From NCBI GenBank assembly GCA_053919585.1, contig CM132822.1: a stretch of DNA of 64,000 nt; one strand, given 5' to 3'. A model generated the notes under the pieces. It was given only the letters and a program-made list of their open reading frames with translations. It was not told the origin of the DNA and did not search any database. Of the stretch, positions 12,882 to 26,925 are shown in pieces (position 1 is the stretch's first letter; every line of letters starts with the position of its first letter). Both the position numbers and the translations under genes were made by a program. Source of the DNA: Euprymna scolopes (Eukaryota).

Positions 12882-12915
<34 letters not shown>

Positions 12916-14864
12916 AAGTGGGTAAAATTATCAATCCAGTTTTCATAGGAGAAAAAATATAAGCATGACCGTTTTGGAAACGCTATCCTTTTATTTCATT
13001 CAATATTTACAAATAAAACCATCGATAAGTAAAACATTTCTGGATATTTACTCATCAGTATAAATGGAAAGGAAGATGAGCATAAATTATGAACTAGAAT
13101 AAAAAATATTTTTGTGGAATTTAATTCTTTTGTTTGTGATTAATAGATAAATATAAAACTATTGTTTAATGATTTTTAATTGGTTGAATCAGAAAATAGG
13201 AAACTAGTAATTACATTTTTGATTTGATAGGATTTTTTTTATAAAGGGAGAAATTAATTATAAATACGAAAAGCTGTGTCTAGAATGTCAGCTGGCAAAA
13301 AAAATGACTAATTCTGATGGTTTCATTTGGTTTTCGTAAAACACTAATTTCAGCAAAAATAAATAAAAACTTATCACCTCCCCAACATAAATACAGCAAA
13401 ATATGTAACACTCAAAATTTATTACTCAACACTGCCAAATTTAAACTAACAAATAATTAGCATGACAAAAATATTAAAATACAGGACATAACTAATCTAT
13501 GACTAATTGCAAAAAAAAAAAAAAAAAAAAATTCTATAGGTCCTGCTCCATTGGCAAAGCCCCAACTCCTGCTTTAATGTCTCACATTAATGCCAGTTTT
13601 ATATTTATATTTGCTCAACAAACTCCCAACAAGCAAAATGAAACCCATTCACTGTTGAGGACCTCAGATACCAGAAAGCCTAATCTTGTATTTTCTTCCT
13701 TTGGACTGAGACTGGAATTCCTCACTACTGTTCCGCTTCCCTGGCTGTACTAACCCGCAGAAATTTTAATGTAAACATCTCACATGGATTTCAAATCTTG
13801 AACCGCGAGAATTAGCTCCTGCTGATGATTGTAGCGAGTTTTGGCTGCTGCACATCTAACTGCCAGACTCTTCTCAGTCTGTTATATACAATTACAAAGA
13901 GCGAATCTTACGTTTCTAGTACTTAAGTCTTAAGGAAAAAATAAGAGCATGTCTGGGTCCTTCCTAGATGTGCCTCATGCATATGGATAAAATTACTCGC
14001 TACAAATAAAGTCTAAAGAAATAGGGTCTCTAAATATTTTATTGATGAAAATATAGGAAAATTGGCAGAGATTCAATACAAGTAAAAAGTAATACCCGGG
14101 TTTTGCATTATTTCTCTCCCTTACAATGGCACTCAAAGAGAAAGTTTTGATTAAATAAAATTTACTGGTTTCAAAAAAAAAAAAAAAAAAAAAAAATGTC
14201 CTGTAAGAGTTTATACAGCAATACTAGAGTTTCCATAAATACATATCTTCCTCCCAAGACATGAAAAAGTAATGTTCTGATGAGAATTATTTTATGGTCT
14301 TTTTTAAGGCTACGAACATAATGCGATACTACTCCGAGTAAATAAAAAAATTAAAAAAAAAAAATTACTAAAATGCATCACACCAGTTCCCTTTGTCGAC
14401 CATACAGGGAATTTCAAAGTTGGTTGAAACCGCAGCACCCGAAAACAAGATCTCAGATGCAAATTAAAGAGCTGTTTAGCAGATATTTGCAAGAAGTCAT
14501 TCCATCTGTAAATTGGCATAAAATTAAACCAGCCCCCACGATGTGATTAAATCCTATGCAGACATTCAGCAAAGAGCTAAAAAACGTCAAAGATGTCAAA
14601 GACCTCAAATTGATTGTGAAGCTGAAGAGGAACAAGTATGGATTGTCGGGATAACAAAATTGCAAACTGTCTGGAATGATCTCACATTTGTAGATTTTAC
14701 TGTCTTACAAGCTGAGTATCTGAGGATCAAGTTTGACTATTGGATGAGCTTTAGTACAGCCAAGATAGTTGCATAAATATCGGAAAAGATAAGTAAAAGT
14801 GAAAGTGAACAATAGAAATCATGTTTGGAGCATTTTTTTTAAACATAGGTCTAAGCAATGATAA

Positions 14865-15310
14865 AGCAGGTGTACCTCAGGGGTCAATCACTGGTCCTTT
14901 ATTCTAATATTCATAAATGACCTCCCTGATAAAAGACTGAGGGGCATATTTGCTGACGACACCACACTAACAGGCAAAAAGGAAACAAATGAACACATTC
15001 AAGACAATGACTGAAAACTTAGAGGAAGACCTCCAGTCATTAAGGGAATAGAAAAAAAAAAAAAAAAAATTTCAATGCTTCCCAGACTACACTCGTTTTC
15101 CTTATTACAAGAACTTCTCAACCACCAATTGCTATGGCTTAAGATACATTACTTGAAATTACTTCGTTCAAGCTCTGCAGCTTATCACTCAGAATAAGAC
15201 ATGGAGCAGATACATTGCTAAAACTGCTGCAAAGAAGGTGGGTACCACCGGGCTTAAAAGTTACTTTCGCCTGACAGTATCCTGTACCTCTACAAGGCTC
15301 TCAGCATTAA
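14865..15310 (+). mobile_element. Decayed CR1-type RT fragment carried as an array module (also about 23645-23880, 24015-24470, 24895-25170, 34545-34900, 37460-37920)
   Basis: gcaggtgtacctcaggggtc..ggtcctttattc..ataaatgacctccctgat..atatttgctgacgacaccaca encodes AGVPQGS..GP.LF..INDLPD..IFADDTT. It recurs downstream of UGP copies. Confidence 0.75.
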
Positions 15311-15559
15311 AATTCCCGCTAACCAGAATAATGTGCCGTCGTCAAGAAAACATTTTATAACGCCATGATTCTTTTCTTGGAAAAACATGAAAAACTAAAA
15401 GCAACAGTCATCTTTAATAAGTCTTCATATTGCTATAAGAGGGAATTGTATTTATAAAATATAAAGATAAATGAAATCTACAATAAATAAGAGAAATTGT
15501 CTATGTAAAGGGATTGCAGATTTATAATGTACCACAAATTTGCAAAATAATTTTCTTTG

Positions 15560-17580
15560 ATAAATTTAAAAAATAGTCATTTTCATGGTGTAAACGTTCA
15601 AACTGATGGATAATTCCTCTAAAAATCCGAAATCGTCATAGAAATGATCACTAAATGAATGCAGGAAAAAACACGTTTTGGATACGATTGTCACAACCAT
15701 GGCGGGGGGGGGGTCTCAAAGATCCGACTTCCTCAACATGTTTAGACAAAAAAGAATTGTCTGCATAGAATACAAGTAAAAGACTTTACACTAATTTTCT
15801 ATTAGACAACTACTTTCAATAAGTTCCTGCTGAAATTCTGAAAGACTAAAAAGGTTAAACTGTCATGGTAAGCGAGTGATTCAATATATATCAGGATAGA
15901 TGCAGAATACATTCCTACAGTGTTTCCAGACAAAGCTGGCGAAATGCAAGAGAAACGTTTTGCCTAAGAAACTGGTTCCCGTCATTATTAAATTCCAGAT
16001 GGAGATGGGCCAATTAAAGCTGTTTAGCAGATATTTGCAAGAAACCGAAGGATAGATGCGGAATACATTCATACAGTGTTTCCAGACAGAAAGCTGGCTA
16101 AATGCAAAACGCGTTTTAAAGAAACTGGTTCTCGTTACTATCGAATTCCAGATGGAGATGGACCAATTATAAAAGCTGTTTAGCAGATATTTGCAAGAAA
16201 CCGGGCCATCTGTAAAATGGAATAAAATCAAATACCAGATGTGATTAAATCCTATTCTGACAGTACGCAAAAACTTCAAAAACGTCAAAGACCTCAAACT
16301 GGTTGTGTGGAGCCTGAACGGTGGCTTACGAACAAGTATGGGTCGTTGGGGTCCCAAAAGTGCTATCTGTCCGGAAGGATGTCACTTTTCTTGATCTTAC
16401 TGTCCCACAAATAGAGTATCTGAAGCATAAAATTTGACGATTGGATGAGCTTTAGTACTGCCAAGAGTTGCATAAATACAGTGATATCAGTATTAAAACA
16501 GTGAAGGATAGAAACCATGTTTGAGTTTGTTTTTTAAAAATGTCACTACAATATTTGAAAAACTCATTACAAGATCTGAAATCTTCAACATGTGCAAACA
16601 TACAAGAAATGTTTGCATAAAATAAAATTTCTGCACTAAGAATAGCTCCATTAGACAACCATTAAATAAGCTACACTTGGTTTTCTAAGAGTGCAATAAA
16701 TAAATGTCCTGAATACAGGTCGTTTTTATGATGGACGGGGAGTGCATCACTAATAAGAGTGAAAGACATTTCTACAAATACGAAATCTATGAATTAATAT
16801 TCAAGCATATATTTTATAATCAGGTGGCATGTTAATTATAGACAAATATGGTTTTCTGCATATCCATCCAATTGAAGACAAAATATTAATCTTCCAACAA
16901 TTCCTGTAGATCAGACCCTTCATACAGAGCATACCTAAAGTGATTCTTACTATACATATAAGTCCAAACTATTCGATACCCTCTCCAGTCTGAAAATCTT
17001 ACGAAAATGCACAACTCCTGTTCCCTTTGTCAACCATACAAGAAATTGCAAAAGTTGGTTGAAACCGCAGCACCAAAAGACGAAACCTCAGATGAAGATG
17101 GACCAATTTAAAGAGATGTTTAGTAGATATTTGCAAGAAACTAAGCCATCCATAAATTTGGATAGAAACAAAGTAAATCCCAGATATGATTAAATCCTAT
17201 GCACACATTCAGCAACGCTCGCAAAACATGAAGTCCTTAATGATCTCGCATTTCTTGATCTTACTGTCCAACAAATTGAGTAGCTGTGTCCTGTTTGGCT
17301 GAGCTTTAGTACGGCCAAGATAATTGCATAATATCCAAAGTATAAAAACAGTTAAGGAGAGAAACCATTCTAAGGGCTTCACCTCTGACCCACTTATGTG
17401 AACATTTTTACAATACAAACCCATAACACCAGACACTTCAATATATTCATAGCAATCGACTCTTGACATTGAAAAACAAAATCACGAAACTCACTCCATT
17501 CTTGCATTCAGAGTTCCTTTGTAATGCCGACAATCGGACATTGCTGTTGTGAAAATTAATCGTGATTTGATAGTATTTCA
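15560..17580 (+). repeat. Segmental duplication of about 25850-28290
   Basis: Near-identical ORFs 15881-16357 and 26112-26429, with colinear downstream sequence. Confidence 0.85.
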
Positions 17581-17724
17581 ATGACAGGAAATATTGTAGG
17601 TTAAAAAACAAACAAAAAAAATTAAATGAACAAATTAGTCTCCCTCTACCATACTAGAAAATATGGTATGTAAACAGGTATCCTGTTTATTCATATAAAA
17701 TAAAAATTACCTATACATGGGTAT

Positions 17725-17943
17725 CGTTGCACCCCCCCACACACACCTGGGCTGGAGCATCTACCCCTATTCTTCCAATCTTAAATCGGATTAAAAATAA
17801 AAATACAAAAGAGAAATCCAGTAGGTCCTCCTGTATAAGTTCCAACCCTGTAACATCTCATGAAGCTATAGCATTTGGGTTCTTCACATACAACTACCAA
17901 CAAACTCAAGCAGCAATATCCCACCCCTTCACTGCCAAGGTCG

Positions 17944-17982
<39 letters not shown>

Positions 17983-18480
17983 AAGAAATTCTCTACCTGT
18001 ATAAGAGTCAAGTACGTCCAAGGATGGAGTACTGTTGCCATATCTTGGCAGGAGTTGCTAGACACATTATCCTGCTTTGACAGAAGACTATCGCCTAGTG
18101 GGGATGCCCTTTTCTCTTCCCTACAATCTCTTTCCCCACTAAAGAGACGTCTGCTTTATCATTTTCATGGCAGGTGCTCCTGAGCTCAATTTATGACCTT
18201 GCCAAACCCATGAAAAACACTCGCCTAGCTAAAACCACTATCAATTCCCCCCTCCTACTGTGTGCCTGAAAGTAAACGTAGATTCCACGAACAAAGCTTT
18301 TTTTAGAATTGCTTGCCTGCTTTCCAGCTAACTACAATTTTGTAGTCTTCAATGAGCCGCTCCCTTAAGTAATCCAATTTACCAAATTACTAAAAGATTA
18401 CGATATTGTTCCATTGACTATTGTACAATCATTAACCCTTATCAAGGCCTGGGCGCCACTGGAGGATAAGTGGTGCCTCA
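17725..18480 (+). mobile_element. Decayed CR1-group LINE 3' relic related to 8830-9390
   Basis: YLYKSQVRPRMEYCCHIL..CFDR..GDALFSSLQSLSPL, with shared tail aaacgtagattccacgaacaaagct. Confidence 0.65.
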
Positions 18481-18601
18481 TTTTTAAAGAAATTTAATGA
18501 CCGCAACAAGACTCGTTTTATATTACACAGCATAAAGAAATAAATTTAAGACGTTCAGAAAAGACGTTTTAAATAACTCCATGTTGATTTTATTCCAAAA
18601 A

Positions 18602-18636
<35 letters not shown>

Positions 18637-19565
18637 AAAGAGAAAACTTAATGATTATTCGAACCCATGCGAAACTTTATATTTGGGTATTAGCCAGAGG
18701 AAATCGGGACAGAAGGGTGAAAATTAAAAGAAATTTGCCAGGTGAAGGTCGAACGACAGCATTACAAATATGCATGTGTAGTGTAAAAATTATAGAAATG
18801 GGATTTTCCAAGTCGAGGGCGAACGACAGCATTACGAATATATATGTGTAACATAATAGCTATTGGTTCGCATTTTAATTTTTAGCCTTGTAGGAAACAT
18901 GTCTCCATAGCTCAAGTATAAACTTGAAGAGAAAAAGCTAAATGGAGGGAATTGCATTTATAACAAATGAAATATACAATAAATAAAATTGGCATAAATA
19001 GATTTACAATGTACCACAAAATTGTAAAATAATTTTCTTTGGTGAATTTAAAAAAAAAAATTAAAAAAATCAATCAAGGTTTTACACCATGAAAATGACT
19101 AATCACGTTTAAACTAGTGGATAATTCCTCTAAAAATCCGAAATCGTCATAGGAAGAATCACTAAAAGAATGCACAGTTCCAGGGGAAACATTTTTAATA
19201 TGATTGTCACTACCATGCAGGCGAAAACCTCAAAGATCAGACTTCAACATGTTTAGACAAAAAAGAATTGTCTGCATAGAATACAAGTAAAAGACTTTAC
19301 ACTAGTTTTCTATTAGACAAACACTTTCAATAAGCTCCTGAAATTCTCAAAGAATAAAGGTTAAAATAGGTCATGGTAAGTGACCGATTCCATATATCAA
19401 GATGGATGCGGAGTACATTCCTACAGCATTTCCTGAAGGAAAGCTGGCCAAATGCAAAAGAAACGTTTTGAAGGAACTGGTTCTCGTCACTATTAAATCC
19501 CAGATGGAGATGAACCAATTAAAGCAGTTTATGTTTTAATAAGCTCCTGCTGAAATTCTGAAAGG

Positions 19566-19597
<32 letters not shown>

Positions 19598-20259
19598 ATG
19601 TTAAGGCGCTGAGACAATATATAATCAGGATAGATGGAGAATACATGGAGAGCTGGCTAAATGCAAGAACAACGTTTTGAATAACAAACTGGTTCTCGTC
19701 ACTATTGAATTCCAGATGGAGATGGACCAATTAAAGCTGTTTTGCAGATAAAAGGTAAGAAACTGGGTCATCTGTAAAACAATAGAATCAAACAAATCCC
19801 AGCTGTGATTAAATCTCATGCAGACATTCAGCAAAGAGCTCAAAAACGTTAAAGACCTTCTCAATAAATTGGTCGTAGTGAAATTGAATTGTGGCCTACA
19901 ACCAAGTACGAGTTTTAGAAACGTTTTGAATAAGAAACTGGTTCTCGTCACTTCTGTTGGTGAAAAACTCGTTCAAAGATCTGAAATCTTCAACATGTGC
20001 AGACATGCAAGGAAACATGCGTAAAATAAAAGAATTTCTGCACTAGTTTTTAGAATAGCAGTCCATTAAACAACCACATTAAATAAGCTACCCCTTATTT
20101 TCTAAATCTGTAAAGGTTAAATAATGTTCTTAATAGAGACTTTAAATGTAAGGATGAACGTGAAATGTAGAATTTTGTTATCGATCAGTGGGGATACAAT
20201 AGGAAATCTATGAATTTATATTTATGCGTAAATTTTATGACTGGAATGCTTGTGAATTA

Positions 20260-20800
20260 TAACCAAACAACATGAACGAAGGCAGTGAAAAGTAACATTC
20301 AAAACAGAATCAGCAGCTATGTCCCAAAGCCTAGCTGGAGTCCGAACACAGTACCCCCATAATAATAAAGGGTTGGGTTCGAGACTCTTAACAAACCGTT
20401 CCCAGTTCGATACAAAACACCTGATGAAGGCCGGAGGGCAAAACGGCCGAAACGTGACTATAACAACCAAGATGAAGATTGGTTGGTTGGTTGTTTTATG
20501 GCACAACCGTTTTCGGGTTATTTAATGCCGAATCCAAAGATTGAAAAATTTTTCATAGAATATATTTGTTTTCAAATCATTTTCTATTTAACCCATAGTT
20601 GGGACCCTAACAGGTACTACCACTCCGGGTCAGAGTGGAACTGGGAACAATGGTAATTAAAGGGTGGCTCCACACTCCCCAAAGACCGCAAGCTGGGGCC
20701 TCACCACTGGATATAGTTTAAGGTCATATCCTGGACTGAAGATGAGGAAGTCAGTCCGACAATCTCAATAGATAAAAACGCCTCATCTAAAAATAAAATA
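20260..20800 (+). mobile_element. Penelope-like terminal repeat remnant with a hammerhead-like core, interrupted by SINE B
   Basis: 20421-20457 reads ctgatga-aggccg(gagggcaaaa)cggcc-gaaacgtg, i.e. CUGAUGA, stem II, GAAAC. The block is absent from paralogous array units. Confidence 0.6.
20480..20736 (-). mobile_element. 5'-truncated copy of SINE-like family B
   Basis: Colinear with 920-1160. 7-bp TSD tgaagat (20473-20479 and 20737-20743). Confidence 0.85.
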
Positions 20801-22430
20801 CAGACAAAAATACAGACAATTACCAAACAATATGTAATTGTAATTATCAAATAACCCCTTTAAAGTTCGTAAACAATGCAATGTCTTCAGTCAAAACCAA
20901 CATCTTTAAAAACTTAAAATGCATCACTCCAGTTCCTTTGTCGACCATAAAGGGAACTGCAAAAATTATTTGAAACCGCATCCGAAAACCAGAAAAAAAT
21001 ATCAGATGGGCCAATTTTAAAGAGATGTTTAGCAGATACTTGAAAGAAAATAGACCATCTGTAAATTGGTATAAAATCAAACCACTTGCAGGAGGATGTG
21101 ATTAAATCCTATGCAGACATTCAGCAAAGATTTCAAAAACGTGAAGACCTCAATAAATTGGTTGTCAGGGTCCCTAAAGTGCCAGCTGCCTTGAATGATC
21201 CTACATTTCTTGATCTTACTGTCCAACAAATAAAGTATCTGAATGATCCAATTTGACCATTGAATGAGCTTTACAATCAACTTGATGTTTTAAACTATTA
21301 AACGTAAATTTAATAGAAATATTCAAGTGTTTAATTACAAAATTAAACACTTAAAATTTTTGATAAGTTAACTATTTCACTCTTCATATTTTGAAGACAT
21401 TCAAACTACCGAATAGAAAGTACTTTTTTCCTTAGCAAATCCGCATGTATTCAAAGACTGAATCTAATAATTTTTGAAAGATTAATATGTAGTTAGTGTC
21501 ATGAACGGTATTGGAATCTTGAGCGTCTAGCAAGCATAGGAATAGCATAATTACCACCACAGCAAAATGTTTGATTTCGGCAAATCTGACGTTGCTCTTA
21601 AAGATCTGGATTTGATAGTTCTAATTTCAATGATTATAAATATTTTTAGGTAAAAGAAATTACAAAGATGGACTCCCTCTACCATACTAGAAAATAACAT
21701 GCAAAAGAGTGCATCCTATATCTACAAACAATAAAAAATTCTATGCATGGAGTATTGCTACATTTACACTGAACTACCACATATTGGTATGACTGGTTTT
21801 TACCCTAAGTCCTGCTCCATTAGCAAAGCTCCAACTGCTGTCCCATCGCTATAACGTCATTCTCGTGTATTTTACATGTATTGTACAAAGTCCTGAACTT
21901 TTAACACGTGTTGACCCTCAAATTACTCCCAACTAACCCAACAAACAAAAGGAAACCCATTCACTGTTCAGGAATAGATACCAGAAACCCTACTCTATTT
22001 TCTTCCTTTGGACTGAAGGAATTTGGAATTCCCTCACTGCAGAAATTTTAATATAAACATCTTACATGGATTTCAAATCCCGAACCGCGAGAATTAGCTC
22101 CTGATTGTAGCGAGTTTCAGCTGCTACACATATCTCACTGCTCGACTGTGTTAAACACAAACAGTGAGCCTTTCGTTTCTAGTACTTATGTACTAAAGAA
22201 AAATAGGAGGGTGTATGGGTCCCTCCTAGATGTGCCTAATGCATACGAATAAAATTGCTCGCTACAAATAAAGAAATTGGGTTTGTAAATATTGTGAAAA
22301 TATAGGAAAATTGGCAGAGATTCAAAAGTAAAGACAGTCATGACCGGGTTTTGCGCTACTTCTCTCCCCTACAATGGCACTCAAATAGAAAGCCTTTGAA
22401 TAAAAGCTACTGGTAAAAAAAAAAAAAATT

Positions 22431-22851
22431 ATATAAGTAGGTTGTCGTTTGCTTGAAGCATTGAAGAAAATTATAAGGTGAAATTAAAGCCAAGAACAAT
22501 GCGAGATTTTTTTTATATAGAGTAAAATTATTTCAACTCTAAACAGTAGTTTTTTACTATATAAAAAAAATCTCGCATTGTTCTTGGCTTTAATTTCACC
22601 TTATAATTTTCTTCAACAATGCTTCAAGCAAACGACAACCTACTTATATCCCTCAGTCTCGGCCAGACTGAGTTTGCACTCATGAAGAACACTCTTCCGC
22701 TGTCTTCTCTTGAAAAAGGACTAATAAGTCCGAAATATATTGAGATTTATAACACCATTGGATACAACAGAAAAAAAAAACTACTGTTGTTTAGACTTGA
22801 AATAATTTTACTCTATAAAAAAAATCTCGCATTGTTCTTGGCTTTAATTTC

Positions 22852-22857
<6 letters not shown>
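22431..22857. mobile_element. Inverted plus partial direct repeat structure typical of Penelope pseudo-LTR relics
   Basis: 22431-22520 is the reverse complement of 22557-22649, and 22771-22857 is the reverse complement of about 22473-22556. A degenerate hammerhead-like ttgaaaa-aggac(taataa)gtcc-gaaa lies at about 22710-22735. Confidence 0.6.
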
Positions 22858-22894
<37 letters not shown>

Positions 22895-23889
22895 AAGTCC
22901 TGTAAGAGTTTGGGTCTTATATGTTAGGCGACTACAAACCTGCAACATGTATGGAAAAAAAATAACTCAAATCGTGATACCCCATAATTTTTAAAATCAT
23001 TACACCTGTATATAACACGACAAAAAACAGCGCTAGAATCAAATTTCCATAAATAAATAACTTTCTCCCTAGACATGAAAAACTAAGGTTCTGAAAAAAA
23101 ATAAATAAATAAAAAATTTCATGGTCTTTTAAGTCAACAAATACAATGCGATACCTCGTCCAGTCGAGGGAGGGGGAAAAACTTACTAAAATGCATGGCT
23201 AGTTCTTTGTCGATCACACAGGGAATTGCAGCACCCAAAAACAAAATCTCAGATGCACCAAATTAGAGAGCAGTTTAGCAGATATTTGCAAGAAGCCATT
23301 CCATCTGTAAATGAGCATAAAATTAAACCAATCCCTGACAATGTGATTAAACCCTAGGCAGACATTCAGCAAATAGATTTCAAAAACGTTGAAGACCTCA
23401 ATAAATTGGTTGTGAAGCTGAATAGGAAAAAGTATGGGTTGTCGGGATAACAAAATTGTCATCTGTCTGGAATGATCTCACATTTCTTGATCTTACTTAC
23501 AAATTCAGTATCTGAGGATCAACTTTACCCATTGGATGAGATTTAGTACGGTCAATATAGTTGCATAAATATCGGAAGAGATTAGTAAAAATGTGAAGGA
23601 TAGAAACCATGTTTGAGTATTTTTTTTAAACATGTCTAAGCAATGATAAAAAGCAGGTGTACTTCAGGGGTCGATCATTGGTCCTTTATTCCTAATATTC
23701 ATAAAGGACCTCCTTGATAAAATAGTATCCGAGATAGGTATATTTGCTGACGACACCACACTATAACCGACACAAGGGAAACAAATGAACACTTATCCAA
23801 AGCAATGGCAGAAACCTTAGAGGAAGCTCTCCAGTCAGTAAAGGAATAGGGTAAAAAATAGATGGTAACTTCAGTGCTTCCAATTTCTT

Positions 23890-24900
23890 AATCAAGTTTA
23901 ACTATTTGATGAGATTTAGTACGGCCAAATAGTTGCATAAATATCGGAAGACACAAGTAAAAAAAGTGAAGGATAGAAACCATGTTTGAGTATTTTTTTT
24001 AAACTGTCCAAGCAATGATAATGCAGGTGCAGCTCCAGGGGTCGATCATTAGTTCTTTACTCCTAATAGTCATAAAGGACCTCCCTGATAATATAAATAG
24101 TCTGAGAGGTATATTTGCTGATGACACCACACTATAACCAGCACGAGGGAAACAAATGAACACACATCCAAGGCAATAGCAGACACCTTAGAGGAATACC
24201 TCCTGTCAGTAAGGGAACAGGTTAAAAAAAAAAAAAAACATGCTTCCAAGACTACTCGTTTTCTTTATTACAAGAAACCTCCTCAACCACCAATTGCTAT
24301 GGCTTAAGATACATTACTTGAAATTACTTCGTTCAAGCTCCACAGCTTAACTCTCCGAGAACATGACATGTAGCAGATACATTGCTAAGGCTGCTGCAAA
24401 GGTGGGTACCACCGTGGTAGAAAGTTACTCATGTCTGAAAGTATCCTGTACCTCTACAAGGCTCTCAGCAGCGTTAAAATTCACGCCAATCAGAATAATG
24501 TGCCGTCATCAATTAAACGTTTTATATCACTCCATGTTGATTTATTTTTTTTTTAGCAAAAAATTTAAAACTTCTAAAATTAACTAAAAACACTCGTCTT
24601 TATAAGAAGGACTTGTATTTATAAAATATTAAAGTAAATGAAATATAAAATTAAAAAATGTTATGTAAATTGATTGCATTGAATGTCAAGTTAAGATAGA
24701 TTTACAATGTACAACAAATTTGTAAAATAATTTTCTTTGAATTAAAAATCAATCTAGGTTTTAAACTATGAAACAAATTACTAATCACGTTCAAACTGGT
24801 GGATAATTCATCCACAAATCCGAAATAACCATAGGAAGAATCATTTTAAAAAATGCAGAGTTCCATCAAAAGACGTTTGATAAGTGGTTGTCATTATCAG
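23890..24900 (+). repeat. Segmental duplication of about 37335-38360; 24895-25560 is a tandem re-duplication of 24205-24850
   Basis: Long, nearly identical runs. ORF 24363-24587 is repeated within ORF 24938-25330. Confidence 0.88.
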
Positions 24901-26850
24901 TAAGGGAACAGGTTAAAAAAAAAAAAAAAAAAAACGGATGATAACTTCCATGCTTCACAGACTACTCGTTTTCTTTATTACAAGAAACCTTCTCAACCAC
25001 CAATTGCTATGGCTTAAGATACATTACTTGAAATTACATCAAACACCTCAGCCTTACACTCAGGACATGACATGTAGCAGATACATTGCGAAGGCGAATG
25101 CGAAGGTGGGTACCACCGTGGTAGAAAGTTACTTATGTCTGAAAGTATCCTGTACCTCTACAAGGCTCTCAGCAGCGTTAAAATTCACGCCAATCAAAAT
25201 AATGTGCCGTCATCAATTAAACGTTTTATATCACTCCATGTTGATTTATTTTTTTTTAGCAAAAAATTTAAAACTTCTAAAATTAAAAACTAAAAACACT
25301 CGTCTTTATAAGAAGGAATTGTATTTATAAAATATTAAAGTAAATGAAATAAAATTTTAAAAAATGTCATGTAAATTGATTGCATTGAATGTCAAGTTAA
25401 AAAGATAGATTTACAATTGTACCACAAATTTGTAAAATAATTTTCTTGTAATTAAAAATCAATCTAAGTTTTAAACTATGAAACAAATGACTAATCACGT
25501 TCAAACTGGTGGATAATTTATCTACAAATCCGAAATAATCATAGAAAGAATCATTAAAAAAAATGCACACCAACCAGAATATGCCGTCATCAATAAAACG
25601 TTTTATATCCTACGTTGATTTTTATTTTTTGCAAAAACAAACATCTAAAATGAAAAACTAAAAACTGCTTAATAAGTTTTCATATTTTTATAAGAGAAGA
25701 GGATTCTATTTATATAAAATATTAAAGTAAATTAAATATACAATAAAAGAAATTGTTAATTTAAAAAAGATAGATTTACAATGTACCACAAATTTGTCAA
25801 ATTTTCTTTGACGAATTAAAAATCTGTTTTACACTATGAAAAAAGTGATAACTTTAATATCCGACATTTTCATCATAGAATCATTAAAATGCAAAAACAC
25901 GTTGGATAAGTAGTTGTCATTACCATGCAGACGAAAAACCCATTCAAATATTTGATTTCCTCAAAATGTTCAGACATACAAAGGAATGACTGCAAAGAAT
26001 ACAAGTAAAAGACTTTACACTAGTTTTCTATTAGACAACCACTTTCAATAAGTTCCTGTTGAAATTCTGAAAGACTAAAAAGGTTAAACTGTGTCATGGT
26101 AAGCGACTGATTCAATATATATCAGGATAGATGCGGAATACATTCATACAGCGTTTCCAGACAGAAAGCTGGCTAAATGCAAAACGCGTTTTAAAGAAAC
26201 TGGTTCTCGTTACTATCGAATTCCAGATGGAGATGGACCAATTATAAAAGCTATTTAGCAGATATTTGCAAGAAACCGGGCCATCTGTAAAATGGAAAAT
26301 CAAATACCAGATGTGATTATATCCTATTCTGACAGTACGCAAAAACTTCAAAAACGTCAAAGACCTCAAACTGGTTGTGTGGAGCCTGAACGGTGGCTTA
26401 CAAACAAGTATGGGTCGTTGGGGTCCCAAAAGTGCTATCTGTCCGGAAGGATGTCACTTTTCTTGATCTTACTGTCCCACAAATAGAGTATCTGAAGCAT
26501 AAAATTTGACGATTGGATGAGCTTTAGTACTGCCAAGAGTTGCATAAATACAGTGATATCAGTATTAAAACAGCGAGGGCTGGAAACCATGTTTGATTTT
26601 GTTTTTTTAAACATGTTACTATCATTAGTGAAGACCTCATTCAAAGATCTGAAATCTTTAAAATGCGCAGACATACAAGAAAAAGATTTGCACAAAATAA
26701 AAGAATTTCTGCACCAAGAATAGCTTTCCATTAGACAACCTTTAAATAAGCTACACTTGGTTTTCTAAGAGTGCAATAAATACTGTAAATGTCCTGAATA
26801 CAGGTCGTTTTTATGATGGACAGAGTGCATCACTAAGAGTGAAAGACATT

Positions 26851-26925
26851 TCTACAAATACGGAATCTATGAATTAATATTTAAGCATATATTTTACAAC
26901 CGGGCAACGTCGGGCGGCATACTAG
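26851..26925 (+). mobile_element. Helitron-like mini element or 3' terminus, best-preserved array copy (also ending at 30677, 33608 and 60225; decayed near 16830, 20250, 41372)
   Basis: tctacaaatacgg...ttttacaaccgggcaacgtcgggcggcataCTAG|t has a GC hairpin about 10 nt upstream of CTAG followed by T, the canonical Helitron 3' signature. Confidence 0.6.

Noticed and set aside
12618-12911. Host C2H2 zinc-finger gene exon
   Set aside because: There is an in-frame stop upstream, no TGEKP linker, and microsatellite flanks, which fit a LINE 3' end better.
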